Positions 47,854 to 57,825 of a stretch of DNA of 64,000 nucleotides are shown here, one piece after another. The stretch is taken from the NCBI GenBank assembly GCA_044376115.1, contig JBILLK010000020.1, positions 32,001 through 96,000 on the forward strand. Reading direction: 5' to 3'. The notes under the pieces were generated by a model. That model was not told the DNA's origin and did no database searches. It saw only the letters and a list, made by a program, of their open reading frames with translations. Source of the DNA: Polyangiaceae bacterium (lineage in GTDB: Bacteria > Myxococcota_A > Polyangia > Polyangiales > Polyangiaceae). The stretch's first letter is position 1; each line of letters starts with the position of its first letter. The translations under genes were made by a program, and so were the position numbers.

Positions 47854-48722
47854 GACACACCTCGCAAGGGCGAGCCCTCTTCACCAAGCACGACGTTATC
47901 GATCAAACGCGCGCCGCCGAGCCGCACAGCCAGCGCCAGTAGGGCGCGCTCTTGGACTTCACCTTGCAGCGGCTCGATCGATTGGGAGTCGGCCAGGGTG
48001 ACGTAATCGACGGAGTCCACCTCGCTCGCGACGGCATCGAGCGCAACGGCCCGTAGCCGCTCCACATTGCGTTCCCCTCGAGCGAACGAAGCGACCGCTC
48101 GATCGAGAGCGAGGGGGATGGCGCGCGCCCGCGCGCGGTTCTCCGGCGAAAGGTAGCGGTTACGCGAACTCATGGCCAAGCCGTCTTCCTCTCGCACGGT
48201 CGGCACACCGACCACTGTCACCGGGAAGAAGAGGTCCGTCGCCATGCGCTCGATCAGCTTCAATTGCTGGTAGTCCTTGCGACCGAAGCAAGCAACCGAA
48301 CGGCCCGCGAGCGAGAACAACTTCGCGACGACCGTCGATACGCCCTCAAAATGCGTTGGGCGAACCTCGCCGCAGAGGTAGCGCGGCAGCAGCGAGAGCT
48401 TGACCCGCGTTTCATCTCCTTGCGGGTACATCGCCTCGGCAGACGGCGCAAAGACCACACTCGCACCGGCCGCCTGCGCAAGTTCCACGTCGGCGTCCAG
48501 CGTTCGCGGGTACTTGGCGAAGTCCTCCGAAGGACCGAATTGTGTCGGATTGACGAAGACGGTCACCGCGACCACGTCAGCCCGGCGAGCCGCCTCCTCG
48601 ATCAAGACCGCGTGGCCCCGATGCAGCGCCCCCATGGTTGGAACCAGACCGACGCTCTTGCCCGAGGCGCGAAACTCTTCGCACTGCGCCTGAAATTCGA
48701 GCGGGGCGAACACCTTTCGCAT
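47850..48722 (-). CDS. panC: Pantoate--beta-alanine ligase
   Basis: VPTMGALHRGH, FVNPTQF, RPTHFEGV, FGRKDYQQ, REEDGLAMSSRN, RLIDN. Confidence 0.95.
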   Translation of the reverse strand: MRKVFAPLEFQAQCEEFRASGKSVGLVPTMGALHRGHAVLIEEAARRADVVAVTVFVNPTQFGPSEDFAKYPRTLDADVELAQAAGASVVFAPSAEAMYPQGDETRVKLSLLPRYLCGEVRPTHFEGVSTVVAKLFSLAGRSVACFGRKDYQQLKLIERMATDLFFPVTVVGVPTVREEDGLAMSSRNRYLSPENRARARAIPLALDRAVASFARGERNVERLRAVALDAVASEVDSVDYVTLADSQSIEPLQGEVQERALLALAVRLGGARLIDNVVLGEEGSPLRGVS

Positions 48723-48842
48723 GGGCCCTCTTAAACCAACTGCGCTCGGAAAGCATCGATCCCGCGGCGTTCTGCGGACCGCGGCATCCGCGCGGTAGCA
48801 ACGAAATCGCGCATGGCGCACACTGAATGCTAGGCTCGCCGC

Positions 48843-51101
48843 GTGCGCCCCGACGATAGCCTGCGTGCCCACTTGGATCTAGCAAGCGAGCCTCCGGCTT
48901 CAACGCCGGTCCCTTCAGCGGTTTTCCAGCTGGATTCGGGAGATCCCTCGCACTACCTCAACCGCGAGCTATCGTGGCTGGAGTTCAATTCTCGCGTGCT
49001 CTCCGAAGCCGAGAATCCAGAAGTCCCGCTGTTTGAACGGCTGAAGTTTCTCGGCATTTTCTCGTCGAATTTGGACGAGTTCTTCATGGTGCGCGTGGCG
49101 GGCCTCAAGGCCCAGCGCGGTGAGAAGGTCGCTGATTTACCCCCAGACGGCCTGACGCCCGAGGAGCAGCTGGCCGCGATCAGCGTACGCGCCCACGCGC
49201 TGGTCGACCGCGCTTACAGGCTTTGGAACACCGACCTTTCGCCGGCACTGCGCCGCGTCGGCATCGTGATCGTCCGGCCGGAGGAGCTCGAGCCGAACGA
49301 GCTTGCTTCCCTCGATGAACGTTTCCGCACCGAGGTTTTTCCGGTGCTTACACCGCTCGCCATCGACCCTGGCCACCCTTTCCCGCACTTGCGGAACAAG
49401 ACGATCAACCTTGGCATCATGCTAACGCGCGACGCGGAGACGCTCGCGGGCTTTGGCGTGATCCAAGTCCCGGCGATGCTCAACCGGCTGATCCCTGTGC
49501 ACGTACCGGGAGCAGAGCGGGCCTTCGTTCTACTCGAGGACGTGATCGCACGGCACGTGAACGAGTTCTTCCAAGAGAAGCGGCTGCGCGGGACCTACCC
49601 GTTCCGAGTGATGCGCAATTGGGATCTCGAGATCGACGAGGAAGAGGGAGAAGACCTGCTTCAGACCATCCAGGCGGAGTTGAGACGGCGCGATCGCGGC
49701 AACGCCGTGCGACTCGAGATTGGCATGGGCGAGGGCGTCGACGCCAGCGTCTCCCGACTATGCAAGGCGCTCCACATCGACCCGCAGCATGACGTCTACC
49801 GTGTTTCCGGACCGCTCAACTTCGGCGATTTGGTCGCCGTGATCGAAGGAGACCAACGGCGGGAGCATCGTGACGAGCGTTTTCACGGCCACACGCCCTC
49901 TCCGCTCAAGGACAAGGAGGACCTGTTCGCCGTCATTCGAGAACGAGACGTGCTGCTGCACCACCCGTTCGAGTCCTTCGAACCGGTGGTCGAGCTGATC
50001 AATCAAGCCGCCGACGATCCCGACGTGCTCGCGATCAAACAAACGCTCTACCGCACGGGTGGAGATTCACCGATCGTACGAGCGCTGGCCCGCGCCGCTG
50101 AGAACGGCAAACAGGTTGCGGCCATCGTCGAGTTGAAGGCGCGCTTTGACGAGGCCAGCAACATTCGCTGGGCGCACACGCTCGAACAGAGCGGCGTGCA
50201 GGTGATCTACGGCCTCTTGGGCCTGAAGACGCACGCGAAGGCGCTGCTCATCGTGCGACGCGAGAACAACCGCATTCGTCGCTATGTGCATCTTTCCACC
50301 GGCAACTACAACCGCGGGACGGCTAGGCTTTACACCGATATAGGTCTATTCACCGCAAACCCGGACATCGGGGCAGACGTCACCAGCCTGTTCAATCTAC
50401 TAACTGGCTATTCGGCTCCCGAGAAATGGAACCGGCTCGTGGTGGCGCCGCTCGGACTTCACGAGGCCATTTTAGGCCTCATTGGCCGTGAAACGCTGAA
50501 TGCGCGATCTGGAAAGCGCGCCGCGATCTATGCCCAGATGAACGCGCTCGTCGACGTCGACGTGATTGATGCGCTCTATGCCGCAAGCGAAGCAGGCGTA
50601 GAGATTCAGCTGAGGATTCGAGGAATCTGTTGCCTTAGGCCGGGGATCGCTGGCCTTTCCTCACGCATCACCGTTCACGCGACGATCGACCGCTTCCTCG
50701 AGCACATTCGGCTCTTCCGCTTCGAGAACAACGGCACACCAGAGTACTTCTTCTCCAGCGCTGACTGGATGCCGCGCAACTTTCACCGTCGAGTCGAGGT
50801 GCTGACGCCCATCCTCGACGAACGGATGAAGCGTGAAGTCGAGCAGATTCGCGAGACCTCCTTTGGGGATGTGGCGAAGACCTGGCAGCTGACCCAGGAC
50901 GGCACCTACGAGCGGGTACCTGCCGCTCCGGGAGCACCTCGCTCGCAGCAACGGTTCATTGACCGTGCAAAGGAGCGCTCGCGCAAAGGCGACCAGATCG
51001 CCCGCCCAAGCGCCGTGCACGTGCTTGCACGCGTGGGAAGCGAAGAGGATCGCAAGCTGCGTCGAGCCAAAGAACGCCAGCGGAAGAAGCAGTCAATCTA
51101 G
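48843..51101 (+). CDS. ppk1: Polyphosphate kinase 1
   Basis: YLNRELSWLEFNSRVL, NLDEFFMVRVAGL, LLHHPFESF, IKQTLYR, ELKARFDE, KTHAK, TGNYN, SADWMPRNFHRRVE. Confidence 0.97.
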   Translation: MRPDDSLRAHLDLASEPPASTPVPSAVFQLDSGDPSHYLNRELSWLEFNSRVLSEAENPEVPLFERLKFLGIFSSNLDEFFMVRVAGLKAQRGEKVADLPPDGLTPEEQLAAISVRAHALVDRAYRLWNTDLSPALRRVGIVIVRPEELEPNELASLDERFRTEVFPVLTPLAIDPGHPFPHLRNKTINLGIMLTRDAETLAGFGVIQVPAMLNRLIPVHVPGAERAFVLLEDVIARHVNEFFQEKRLRGTYPFRVMRNWDLEIDEEEGEDLLQTIQAELRRRDRGNAVRLEIGMGEGVDASVSRLCKALHIDPQHDVYRVSGPLNFGDLVAVIEGDQRREHRDERFHGHTPSPLKDKEDLFAVIRERDVLLHHPFESFEPVVELINQAADDPDVLAIKQTLYRTGGDSPIVRALARAAENGKQVAAIVELKARFDEASNIRWAHTLEQSGVQVIYGLLGLKTHAKALLIVRRENNRIRRYVHLSTGNYNRGTARLYTDIGLFTANPDIGADVTSLFNLLTGYSAPEKWNRLVVAPLGLHEAILGLIGRETLNARSGKRAAIYAQMNALVDVDVIDALYAASEAGVEIQLRIRGICCLRPGIAGLSSRITVHATIDRFLEHIRLFRFENNGTPEYFFSSADWMPRNFHRRVEVLTPILDERMKREVEQIRETSFGDVAKTWQLTQDGTYERVPAAPGAPRSQQRFIDRAKERSRKGDQIARPSAVHVLARVGSEEDRKLRRAKERQRKKQSI

Positions 51102-51218
51102 GGCTGCGCAGGCGTTGCGGGCCCTTCCTGACGGGCGGGGCACGCGCGCTTTGCCTTCTCGCACGCGAACCATTGCCCTTCTCTTTGAATCGAGCCGCCG
51201 AAAAGCTACGCTCCCCAT

Positions 51219-52085
51219 GTGTGGCATCGCGTTCGACCGCTTCTGCTCGTGTTCCCCCTGTGCGCGGGCTGCAACGCGATTGTGTCGCCAGCTGAGGAGC
51301 AATGCGCATCCGACGCTGATTGTGCCGCCCGGGGCTTCGAGGGGGCTGTGTGCTCCGACTCGCTCTGCATAGAAGCCGTGGAGATCGACCCGGTGTGGGC
51401 GTGCCTGGGCAGCGTTACCGAGCCCGAGCCGGATCCGACCAAGACCGTCTCCTTCCCGATTGGCCTGGTCTACGCGATCGGTGGAGCGCCGATCAGCTCG
51501 AAGGCGGTGATCGATGTCTGCGACAAGCTCGACGTGAATTGCACCGGCGATGACCCGAAGTACCCCAAAGGCATCAACCCCGGAGCCGACGGGGTCGTGC
51601 AGGTCGAGGTACCCGAGGGGTTCGACGGGTTCGTTCGCATCACCGATCCGGGAATCGTAGATTCTCGTGTGTACGTAGGACGCCCGCTGCTAGCGCCTCC
51701 GACTGTCGAGCAGATCCAGCTGCTCAAGCCGATGGAGTACACGGGGCTCGCGTCGCTGGCCATGAGCGAGGCGGACCCAACGCGCGGCTCGATGATCGCG
51801 CTGGCCATCGATTGCAACCGAGAAGCCGTCTCGGGAGTCAGCTTTGACGTTCCCAGTGCGGACGATATAGCCGTCCCATTTTACCTTATTAATCAGGCAC
51901 CCGTTTTACCGCCCAATGCAGTCGCGACCGATAAGGACGGCTTTGGGGGCTACTTCAACCTCCTGCCAGGGGGCCCCGTGGTAAAGGCCTTTCGCGCAGC
52001 GGACGACGCCTACATTGGGGAATCGAGTTTCCAGATTCTTGCGAACACAATCTCGTACGTTCTCGTAGGGCCCACGCCGCTTTAG
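51219..52085 (+). CDS. Hypothetical Cys-containing lipoprotein
   Basis: Lipobox CAGC, QCASDADC motif, VWACLG. Lies 2 bp upstream of the kinase gene. Confidence 0.7.
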   Translation: MWHRVRPLLLVFPLCAGCNAIVSPAEEQCASDADCAARGFEGAVCSDSLCIEAVEIDPVWACLGSVTEPEPDPTKTVSFPIGLVYAIGGAPISSKAVIDVCDKLDVNCTGDDPKYPKGINPGADGVVQVEVPEGFDGFVRITDPGIVDSRVYVGRPLLAPPTVEQIQLLKPMEYTGLASLAMSEADPTRGSMIALAIDCNREAVSGVSFDVPSADDIAVPFYLINQAPVLPPNAVATDKDGFGGYFNLLPGGPVVKAFRAADDAYIGESSFQILANTISYVLVGPTPL

Positions 52086-52087
52086 TC

Positions 52088-53758
52088 ATGCAAGCCGACC
52101 GCATTGGGAAATACCGCATTATCGCCAAGCTCGGCCAAGGTGGCATGGCTACGGTATTTCTGTCCATCGCAGCCGGCCCTGTCGGCTTCAACAAGCTGCT
52201 CGTACTCAAGCTGCTGAAGGAGGAGCTCGATAGCGACAACGACTTCTTGGCGATGTTTCTGAATGAGGCCCGGCTCGCTGCGCGCCTCAATCATGCGAAT
52301 GTCGTGCAGACCTATGAAGTAGGCGTGGAGAACGGCCGCCACTTCTTGGCGATGGACTACTTGGATGGGCAGCCGCTACACGCCGTGTTGCGTAAAGCCT
52401 CCCGCTCCTTCATGCCGCTGGACGTGCACGTGCGGATCCTCGCCGATATGCTGGCAGGCCTTCACTACGCCCATACCCTGACAGACTTCGACGGGACGCC
52501 GCTCAACGTCGTGCACCGCGACATCAGCCCGCAGAACGTCTTCGTTACCTATGACGGCCAGGTGAAGCTCGTCGACTTCGGCATCGCCAAAGCGAACGGC
52601 GCTGTCAGTACGACGCAGAGCGGCGTCTTCAAAGGGAAGCTCGCGTACGTAGCGCCAGAACAAGCAGGCGGAGATGTGGTCGATGCGCGCGCCGATATCT
52701 TCAGCGTCGGCGTCATGCTCTGGGAGGCGATGTCCGGGCGCAGGTTCGCTCAAGGGGACGGCCAGACCGCGGTGTTTGCAAAACGGCTGGCCGGCACCGA
52801 GCCGCGCATTCGAGAGGTCGTGCCCGACGCCGACGCCGAGCTAGCCGACATCTGCGACCGAGCGATGGCGCATCGAGCGCAAGACCGGTACGCATCGGCG
52901 CGCGAGTTCCGCGACGCCCTCGAGGCTTTTCTCGATCGGTTCAGCCGGCGGGTTGGCAGTCGGGAGGTCTCCGAGCTGATGGCCCAGCTCTTCTCCGAAG
53001 AGCGGGATCGTATTCGGCGCGTGATCGATGAGCAGATGAAGCAGCTGTTGCGCGAGACGGCGCAAGCTCTGCCCATGCTAACGCTCAATCAAGAGCCTGA
53101 CCTCCAGCCGGTCACTCGCGTAGAGGGGGCGCGCACTCCCCTGCCTCAAGGCGGCTTCGCCGGTGCCGTCGAGAGCTCCTCGGTATCGCAAACCTTCGGT
53201 ACGCTCGGAGGAGCGAACCTGAGTTCGCCCCCCAACGGGCCTCGTTCGAAGGCGGCGCTGCTCTTGGGTGCGCTGAGCGTGTTGGCGCTGCTATCAGTCG
53301 GTGGGCTCTTGGTCGTGGTGCTCGGAATGAAGGACGAGGACAAGGTCGCCGAGAACGCCAGCGCCAGCTCCAGCACCTCTACAGCGAGCGCTGTCGCGAC
53401 CAGCGCCCAACCTTCGGATCGCGTTCAGCTCAAGATCACATTTGCTCCCGCGGCCGCCACAGCCAAGTTGGACGGTGTTCCGCTGTCGCAGAGCCCTTTC
53501 ACAGCGCAAGTCCCGCGCGACGGCTCGATGCACCGCGTGGAGGTCAATGCGCCGGGGCTCGCACCGCAAACGCTGATGGTCAGCTTCGAGAAGGACGTGA
53601 CGCTCGACATCGTCCTCGTGCCAGAAACGGCCGCAAGCGCCTCCGCCAGCCCCACAGCCACACAACCCAATCGTTTGCCCGGCCCGCTTCCCGCGAACAC
53701 CAACGGCAAACAGCCGCTCGGGATCGACGAGCAGGACCCCTACAAGAAGAAGAAGTGA
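52088..53758 (+). CDS. Transmembrane Ser/Thr protein kinase with a PEGA-like extracytoplasmic domain
   Basis: LGQGGMATVF, HRDISPQN, DFGIAK, GKLAYVAPEQ, a TM segment and AKLDGVPLSQSP. Confidence 0.93.
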   Translation: MQADRIGKYRIIAKLGQGGMATVFLSIAAGPVGFNKLLVLKLLKEELDSDNDFLAMFLNEARLAARLNHANVVQTYEVGVENGRHFLAMDYLDGQPLHAVLRKASRSFMPLDVHVRILADMLAGLHYAHTLTDFDGTPLNVVHRDISPQNVFVTYDGQVKLVDFGIAKANGAVSTTQSGVFKGKLAYVAPEQAGGDVVDARADIFSVGVMLWEAMSGRRFAQGDGQTAVFAKRLAGTEPRIREVVPDADAELADICDRAMAHRAQDRYASAREFRDALEAFLDRFSRRVGSREVSELMAQLFSEERDRIRRVIDEQMKQLLRETAQALPMLTLNQEPDLQPVTRVEGARTPLPQGGFAGAVESSSVSQTFGTLGGANLSSPPNGPRSKAALLLGALSVLALLSVGGLLVVVLGMKDEDKVAENASASSSTSTASAVATSAQPSDRVQLKITFAPAAATAKLDGVPLSQSPFTAQVPRDGSMHRVEVNAPGLAPQTLMVSFEKDVTLDIVLVPETAASASASPTATQPNRLPGPLPANTNGKQPLGIDEQDPYKKKK

Positions 53759-54774
53759 AGAACCTCTCTTTGCGCTCCCGAAGGCGTGTTTGGCTGAGTC
53801 TCGCGGCGCTTTTCATTGGCCTTGCGCAAGGCCCTAGGCCTGCGGTCGCTCAGGCGAAGGATGAGCCGACGGCCGCGCAGCAAGAGGAGGCAAGCGAGCG
53901 CTTTCGTCGCGGGGTAAAGCTCTACAAGGCCCGCGACTACACGGCCGCCTGGGTCGAGTTCAAACGCGCCTATGAGCTCTTCCCGAACTACAACGTACTT
54001 TACAATCTAGGTCAGACCTCTCGTGAGCTGAAGGACTACGCCACAGCACTAACCTCCTATGAGGAGTACCTGCTGCAAGGCGGCAATGAGGTCACAGCGG
54101 CCAGAAAGAAAGAGGTCCAAGCTTCGATCGAGGAGCTCAAGCAGACCGTCGGTCGCATCACCGTAAGCACCAACGTCGAGGGCGCCGAGATCTTCATCGA
54201 CGACGTCGCCGTCGGGACTTCGCCCTTGCCGAAGGCGGTCGTGGTCAACGTCGGGCAGCGACGGATCGTGGCAACCAAGAGCGGCTTCACCGAGGCCCGC
54301 CGGGCGATTGAGATCGCTGGCACCGACGCAGTCGAGGTGAAGCTGGAGCTGGTTTCGACTGCGCAAAAGCCTGGCCCCACGCCGATCACGCCACCACCCG
54401 CGCCCGTGGAGCCAGAGCCTGCCCCGCCCTACGGAGCCTTCATCGCGCTCGGTGTCACCGGCGCCAGTGCCATCGTCACCGGCGTCCTCGGGGGCTTGGC
54501 GCTGTCTGCGCAGAGTGACCTGGATGCGGCGCTGGGGACCTTTCCCGGAAACCAGACGGCGATCGCCGACGCGCAGTCACGCACTTCGAGCCTAGCCGTC
54601 GGAACCGACGTGATGATCGGTATTACCGCGGCAGGTGCGGCAACCACAGTCTTGCTGTTCATCTTCACCGGCGGTTCTTCGGACGCAGCAGAACCAGAAC
54701 CGGCACCAGAAGGCGAGGTTAGCGTACGGGTCGTGCCAATGCCGACCGGGCTCACCTTGATGGGCACCTTTTAG
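53755..54774 (+). CDS. TPR + PEGA domain protein
   Basis: Signal peptide, ERFRRGVKLY..EFKRAYEL.PNYNVLYNLG, GAEIFIDDVAVGTSPL, C-terminal hydrophobic segments. GTGA overlap with the kinase gene. Confidence 0.88.
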   Translation: MKNLSLRSRRRVWLSLAALFIGLAQGPRPAVAQAKDEPTAAQQEEASERFRRGVKLYKARDYTAAWVEFKRAYELFPNYNVLYNLGQTSRELKDYATALTSYEEYLLQGGNEVTAARKKEVQASIEELKQTVGRITVSTNVEGAEIFIDDVAVGTSPLPKAVVVNVGQRRIVATKSGFTEARRAIEIAGTDAVEVKLELVSTAQKPGPTPITPPPAPVEPEPAPPYGAFIALGVTGASAIVTGVLGGLALSAQSDLDAALGTFPGNQTAIADAQSRTSSLAVGTDVMIGITAAGAATTVLLFIFTGGSSDAAEPEPAPEGEVSVRVVPMPTGLTLMGTF

Positions 54775-54816
54775 TTAGTAGCGTAAACGAGCGTATCGAG
54801 CGGCCGGCAGCACACT

Positions 54817-55617
54817 CTACGGAAGAGCCGACGGGACAATTCTGGCCCGTATGATGAAGTCCAGGTTGGGGAACTCGCGCGCTAGGAAGCGACTCCCCTC
54901 GCTCTGGAGATCCCCCTGCTTCGACGTGGGAAGCTCACCGTACTCGCCGTTGATCCGCGCAATCGTCGCATCGTTCTCGCCGACCAGCTCGCAGATTGGG
55001 GCAAAGCCCATGGCATCGAGCGCCGTGTTGTCGCCCAAGTTGATGAACAGCTGGGTCGTTCGAGTGTCCGGCGAGCCAGCCATCGCGAAGGTGATGGTGC
55101 CGGTCTTGTTGGAGACAACGACGGGATCGGGCGGGAGGGCCTGCTTTCGCCAGGCTCGACTGACCCGCGGATCACCGCTGATGCCAAACTGAATCACGAA
55201 GGGGCGCGGGGTCTTCACCACGCGAAAGAACGCTACATCGCTAAAGAAGCCGATCTGCACCAGATTGAAGATCCGATCTGCGCCGAAAGGCCCGTGGCTG
55301 CGAGTGCACGCGAAGGTTAGCGGACCGGCGGTGGTTTCCAACTCGACGGTGAAGCGCGCTGGTGCTTGCGCATTGGCCTTGGTCGGATCCAGCAAGCCAG
55401 GGTGAACGGCAACCGTCTCTGACAGCCTCACCGAGGCGTCGGCGGTTGCCGTTGAGCTCGGAGACGTGGAGGACGGCACCGTCGTTGGCGCAGCGATGAA
55501 CGCTTCGATTGGTGGAAGCACGGAACTGCTGCTCTGAACCACCCGCTCCTGATCAACGGCCTGGACCGAGGAACAACTGGCCAAGCCAGCAAGTGCAATG
55601 CAGGCAACGAGCTTCAT
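54817..55617 (-). CDS. Cyclophilin-type peptidyl-prolyl isomerase (lipoprotein)
   Basis: Lipobox LASC, FFRVV...FVIQFG, SNKTGTITFAMAG.PDTRTTQLFINL.DN..LD.MGFAP. Confidence 0.88.
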   Translation of the reverse strand: MKLVACIALAGLASCSSVQAVDQERVVQSSSSVLPPIEAFIAAPTTVPSSTSPSSTATADASVRLSETVAVHPGLLDPTKANAQAPARFTVELETTAGPLTFACTRSHGPFGADRIFNLVQIGFFSDVAFFRVVKTPRPFVIQFGISGDPRVSRAWRKQALPPDPVVVSNKTGTITFAMAGSPDTRTTQLFINLGDNTALDAMGFAPICELVGENDATIARINGEYGELPTSKQGDLQSEGSRFLAREFPNLDFIIRARIVPSALP

Positions 55618-55652
55618 GAGCGCACCATAGCTGGAGCTCCGGTCAGAAATAC

Positions 55653-55693
55653 GAAAACCCCCAGGTCCTTCGTTGGAAGGACTGGGGGTTTTC
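55653..55693 (-). terminator. Intrinsic terminator downstream of the OmpA-family gene (possibly bidirectional)
   Basis: GAAAACCCCCAG...CTGGGGGTTTTC stem with inner GTCCTTC/GAAGGAC pairing and T-runs on both strands. Confidence 0.8.
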
Positions 55694-55715
55694 ACTGCAT
55701 CCACCTTCGGTGGAA
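55691..55715 (-). repeat. Solo copy of the array hairpin module
   Basis: Minus strand TTCCACCGAAGGTGGATGCAGTGAA versus array 25519-25543 TTCCGCCGGAGGCGGATGCAGTGAA (22/25 identical). Confidence 0.8.
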
Positions 55716-55723
55716 CAGCCGAG

Positions 55724-57673
55724 TTACTTCTTGGGCGCGGGGGCCTTCGGAGCGGGCGGTGCCGCCTTCGGTGCAGCAGGCTTCGGGGCCGGCGGTGCGG
55801 CCTTCGGAGCCTTCGGGTCAGCCGGAGCGGCCTTCGGGTCGGCCGGCGCTGCAGGAGCGGCCTTCGGGTCGGCCGGCGCTGCAGGAGCAGCCTTCGGGTC
55901 GGCCGGGGCTGCAGGAGCGGCCTTCAGGTCGGTGGGCGGGGTGGAAACCGGGTCTCCAGCCGGGGGAAGGAGCGGCGCAGCACCGTTCTTGGGGGCGGGC
56001 GGTGCTTTCTCGGTCACCACGAACTGCACGCGGCGGTTCTTTGCACGACCCTCTTCATCCTTGTTGTCCGCGACCGGCACGTCCTGACCGTAGCCCTTTG
56101 CGGTGAGGCGAGCGCTCTCAACGCCACGCTTCTCGAGCGCCTTCTGCACCGAGTTAGCGCGGTTTTGCGAGAGCGTCTTGTTGAGCGGCTTGGAGCCCTT
56201 GTTGTCGGTGTGACCTTGGATCTCCACCTTGCGAATTTCGGGGTGCTCTTTGAGAACCGCGGCGACCGAATCCAGCAGCGCGTCGCTGGCGGGCTTGATC
56301 GTGGCCTTGCCAGTGTCGAACTGAACCTGCTCGAGGATGATGATCTCGGTCGCGGTGACGCGAACGAGCTTCGGACAGCCGCGCTTGCTCGGATCCGCGT
56401 CGTCGACGCCCTTCTCCTGCGGGCAGGCGTCTTGATCGTCACGGAAGCCGTCACCGTCGGTGTCACCGGGGCAGCCGTTGGTCGCCGGATCGGTCGTTAC
56501 GAGACCGGGGATCTCCTTGCACGCGTCAACATCGTCGATGACCGTGTCACCGTCGGTGTCCTTCGGCGGCGGGCAGCCGTGTTTTGCCGGCTCCACGTTA
56601 GCGATACCGGGCACATCCTTGCAGGCGTCAACGTCGTCGAAGATGCCGTCGCCGTCGGTGTCGACCGGCGGCGGACAGCCGTTCTTGGCTTTGTCTGCAT
56701 TGGGCAAACCGGCGACTGCCGGGCAGGCGTCATCAACGTCGAGGATGGTGTCGAGGTCCTGATCCTTGGGAGGTGCGGGAGGCAGCTCCTTCTTCAATCG
56801 GGTCTTCTCGAAGCCAACGGCGAAGCCGGCGCGGAAGCCGAAGATCGCTGCATCACCAGCGCCGATCTCACAGCTGTCCAGCGTTTCATCCGAGAGCAGC
56901 ATGTAGTCGGGCCCAGTTTCAGCCCAGAACAACGCGCCCGATTGCAGCGCCAGTTCAGCGCCGACTGCGCCCTTCATACCGAACGCAGCCGAGTCACTGC
57001 CCGAACAGCGGGTGCCTACGGCTTGCCCACCCGTCGAGTCGTCGATCAGGACCTTGTCGGTGTCGAGGCTCTGCCAAGACGGACCGCCGGCGATGCTGAC
57101 GTACAGGGCGAAGGGATCAAACCGAAGGGGGTAAACGCGGGCGTCCACCCACAGCGTGTTGAGGTCGCGATAGGTGTTGTCGAAAGAGACCTCGTCGATG
57201 TCGGTTCGGTCGCGCTCGAGATCGGCGTGCTCATAGCCGACGCCGAAGCCGAACCAGCGGATGGGCCGGAAGATACCGGTGATTCCGACGCGAAGACCGG
57301 TGCGTGAGTTGATCTCGTTCACCGCGGCCGGCGGGTCATTGAAGCGATGGCTCAAGCCGAGGTGGCCGAAGAAACCAAAACCAAGCCCAGCCTCTTCTCC
57401 TCCCGTGTTCCAAGGCTCCCAGCTGTCTTCCCACTGCACCGTGTCAGCGCCGGGAGCTGGAGGCGTCTGCGCCTCCAGAGCGGGGGCAACGCCCGTGGTC
57501 ACCGAAGCACCAGCAGCGGTTAGAGGCGCGGCAGAAGCCACCTTGGTTACGGTCACAGCCTGCTCAGAGGCAGGCGCAGTTTCCTGTGCGGTGGCCAAAC
57601 CGGGAACGGCCAGGCAAAGGACACTTGCGCAAATACTCGAGGATAGCCGGCGGCTTTTCACAATTCGCCTCAT
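55724..57673 (-). CDS. OmpA-family protein: N-terminal beta-barrel, thrombospondin type-3-like repeats and OmpA C-domain
   Basis: DxDGDGxxDxxDAC repeats, QVQFDTGKATI..IQGHTD..N..LSQNRA.SV..GYG...PVADN...GRAKNRRVQF, and an Ala/Pro/Lys tail. Confidence 0.92.
   Translation of the reverse strand: MRRIVKSRRLSSSICASVLCLAVPGLATAQETAPASEQAVTVTKVASAAPLTAAGASVTTGVAPALEAQTPPAPGADTVQWEDSWEPWNTGGEEAGLGFGFFGHLGLSHRFNDPPAAVNEINSRTGLRVGITGIFRPIRWFGFGVGYEHADLERDRTDIDEVSFDNTYRDLNTLWVDARVYPLRFDPFALYVSIAGGPSWQSLDTDKVLIDDSTGGQAVGTRCSGSDSAAFGMKGAVGAELALQSGALFWAETGPDYMLLSDETLDSCEIGAGDAAIFGFRAGFAVGFEKTRLKKELPPAPPKDQDLDTILDVDDACPAVAGLPNADKAKNGCPPPVDTDGDGIFDDVDACKDVPGIANVEPAKHGCPPPKDTDGDTVIDDVDACKEIPGLVTTDPATNGCPGDTDGDGFRDDQDACPQEKGVDDADPSKRGCPKLVRVTATEIIILEQVQFDTGKATIKPASDALLDSVAAVLKEHPEIRKVEIQGHTDNKGSKPLNKTLSQNRANSVQKALEKRGVESARLTAKGYGQDVPVADNKDEEGRAKNRRVQFVVTEKAPPAPKNGAAPLLPPAGDPVSTPPTDLKAAPAAPADPKAAPAAPADPKAAPAAPADPKAAPADPKAPKAAPPAPKPAAPKAAPPAPKAPAPKK
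55730..55925 (-). repeat. Coding 30-bp repeat (KAAPAAPADP x3 plus degenerate copies)
   Basis: ccttcgggtcggccgg(c/g)gctgcaggagc(g/a)g repeated. Confidence 0.85.
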
Positions 57674-57825
57674 TCGGAAGGGTCCGCCAGTCTTTTGGCG
57701 GTGAGGCTCCTTACGCGAAAGGCGTGCCCGACGAAAGTCCAAGCTGATCAACGTAGGGAATGAAACCCCAGCGCGGCGCCTTCACGTGCTTTGTTTGGGC
57801 GCCGTGTTTGGTGTGCCTATGTTCC

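Noticed and set aside
55673..57307. 544-aa plus-strand ORF, and similar long antisense ORFs (793-1809, 19556-20587, 34026-34781, 57760-58563)
   Set aside because: These are shadow frames opposite well-supported genes, expected with high-GC codon bias. They have no motifs.
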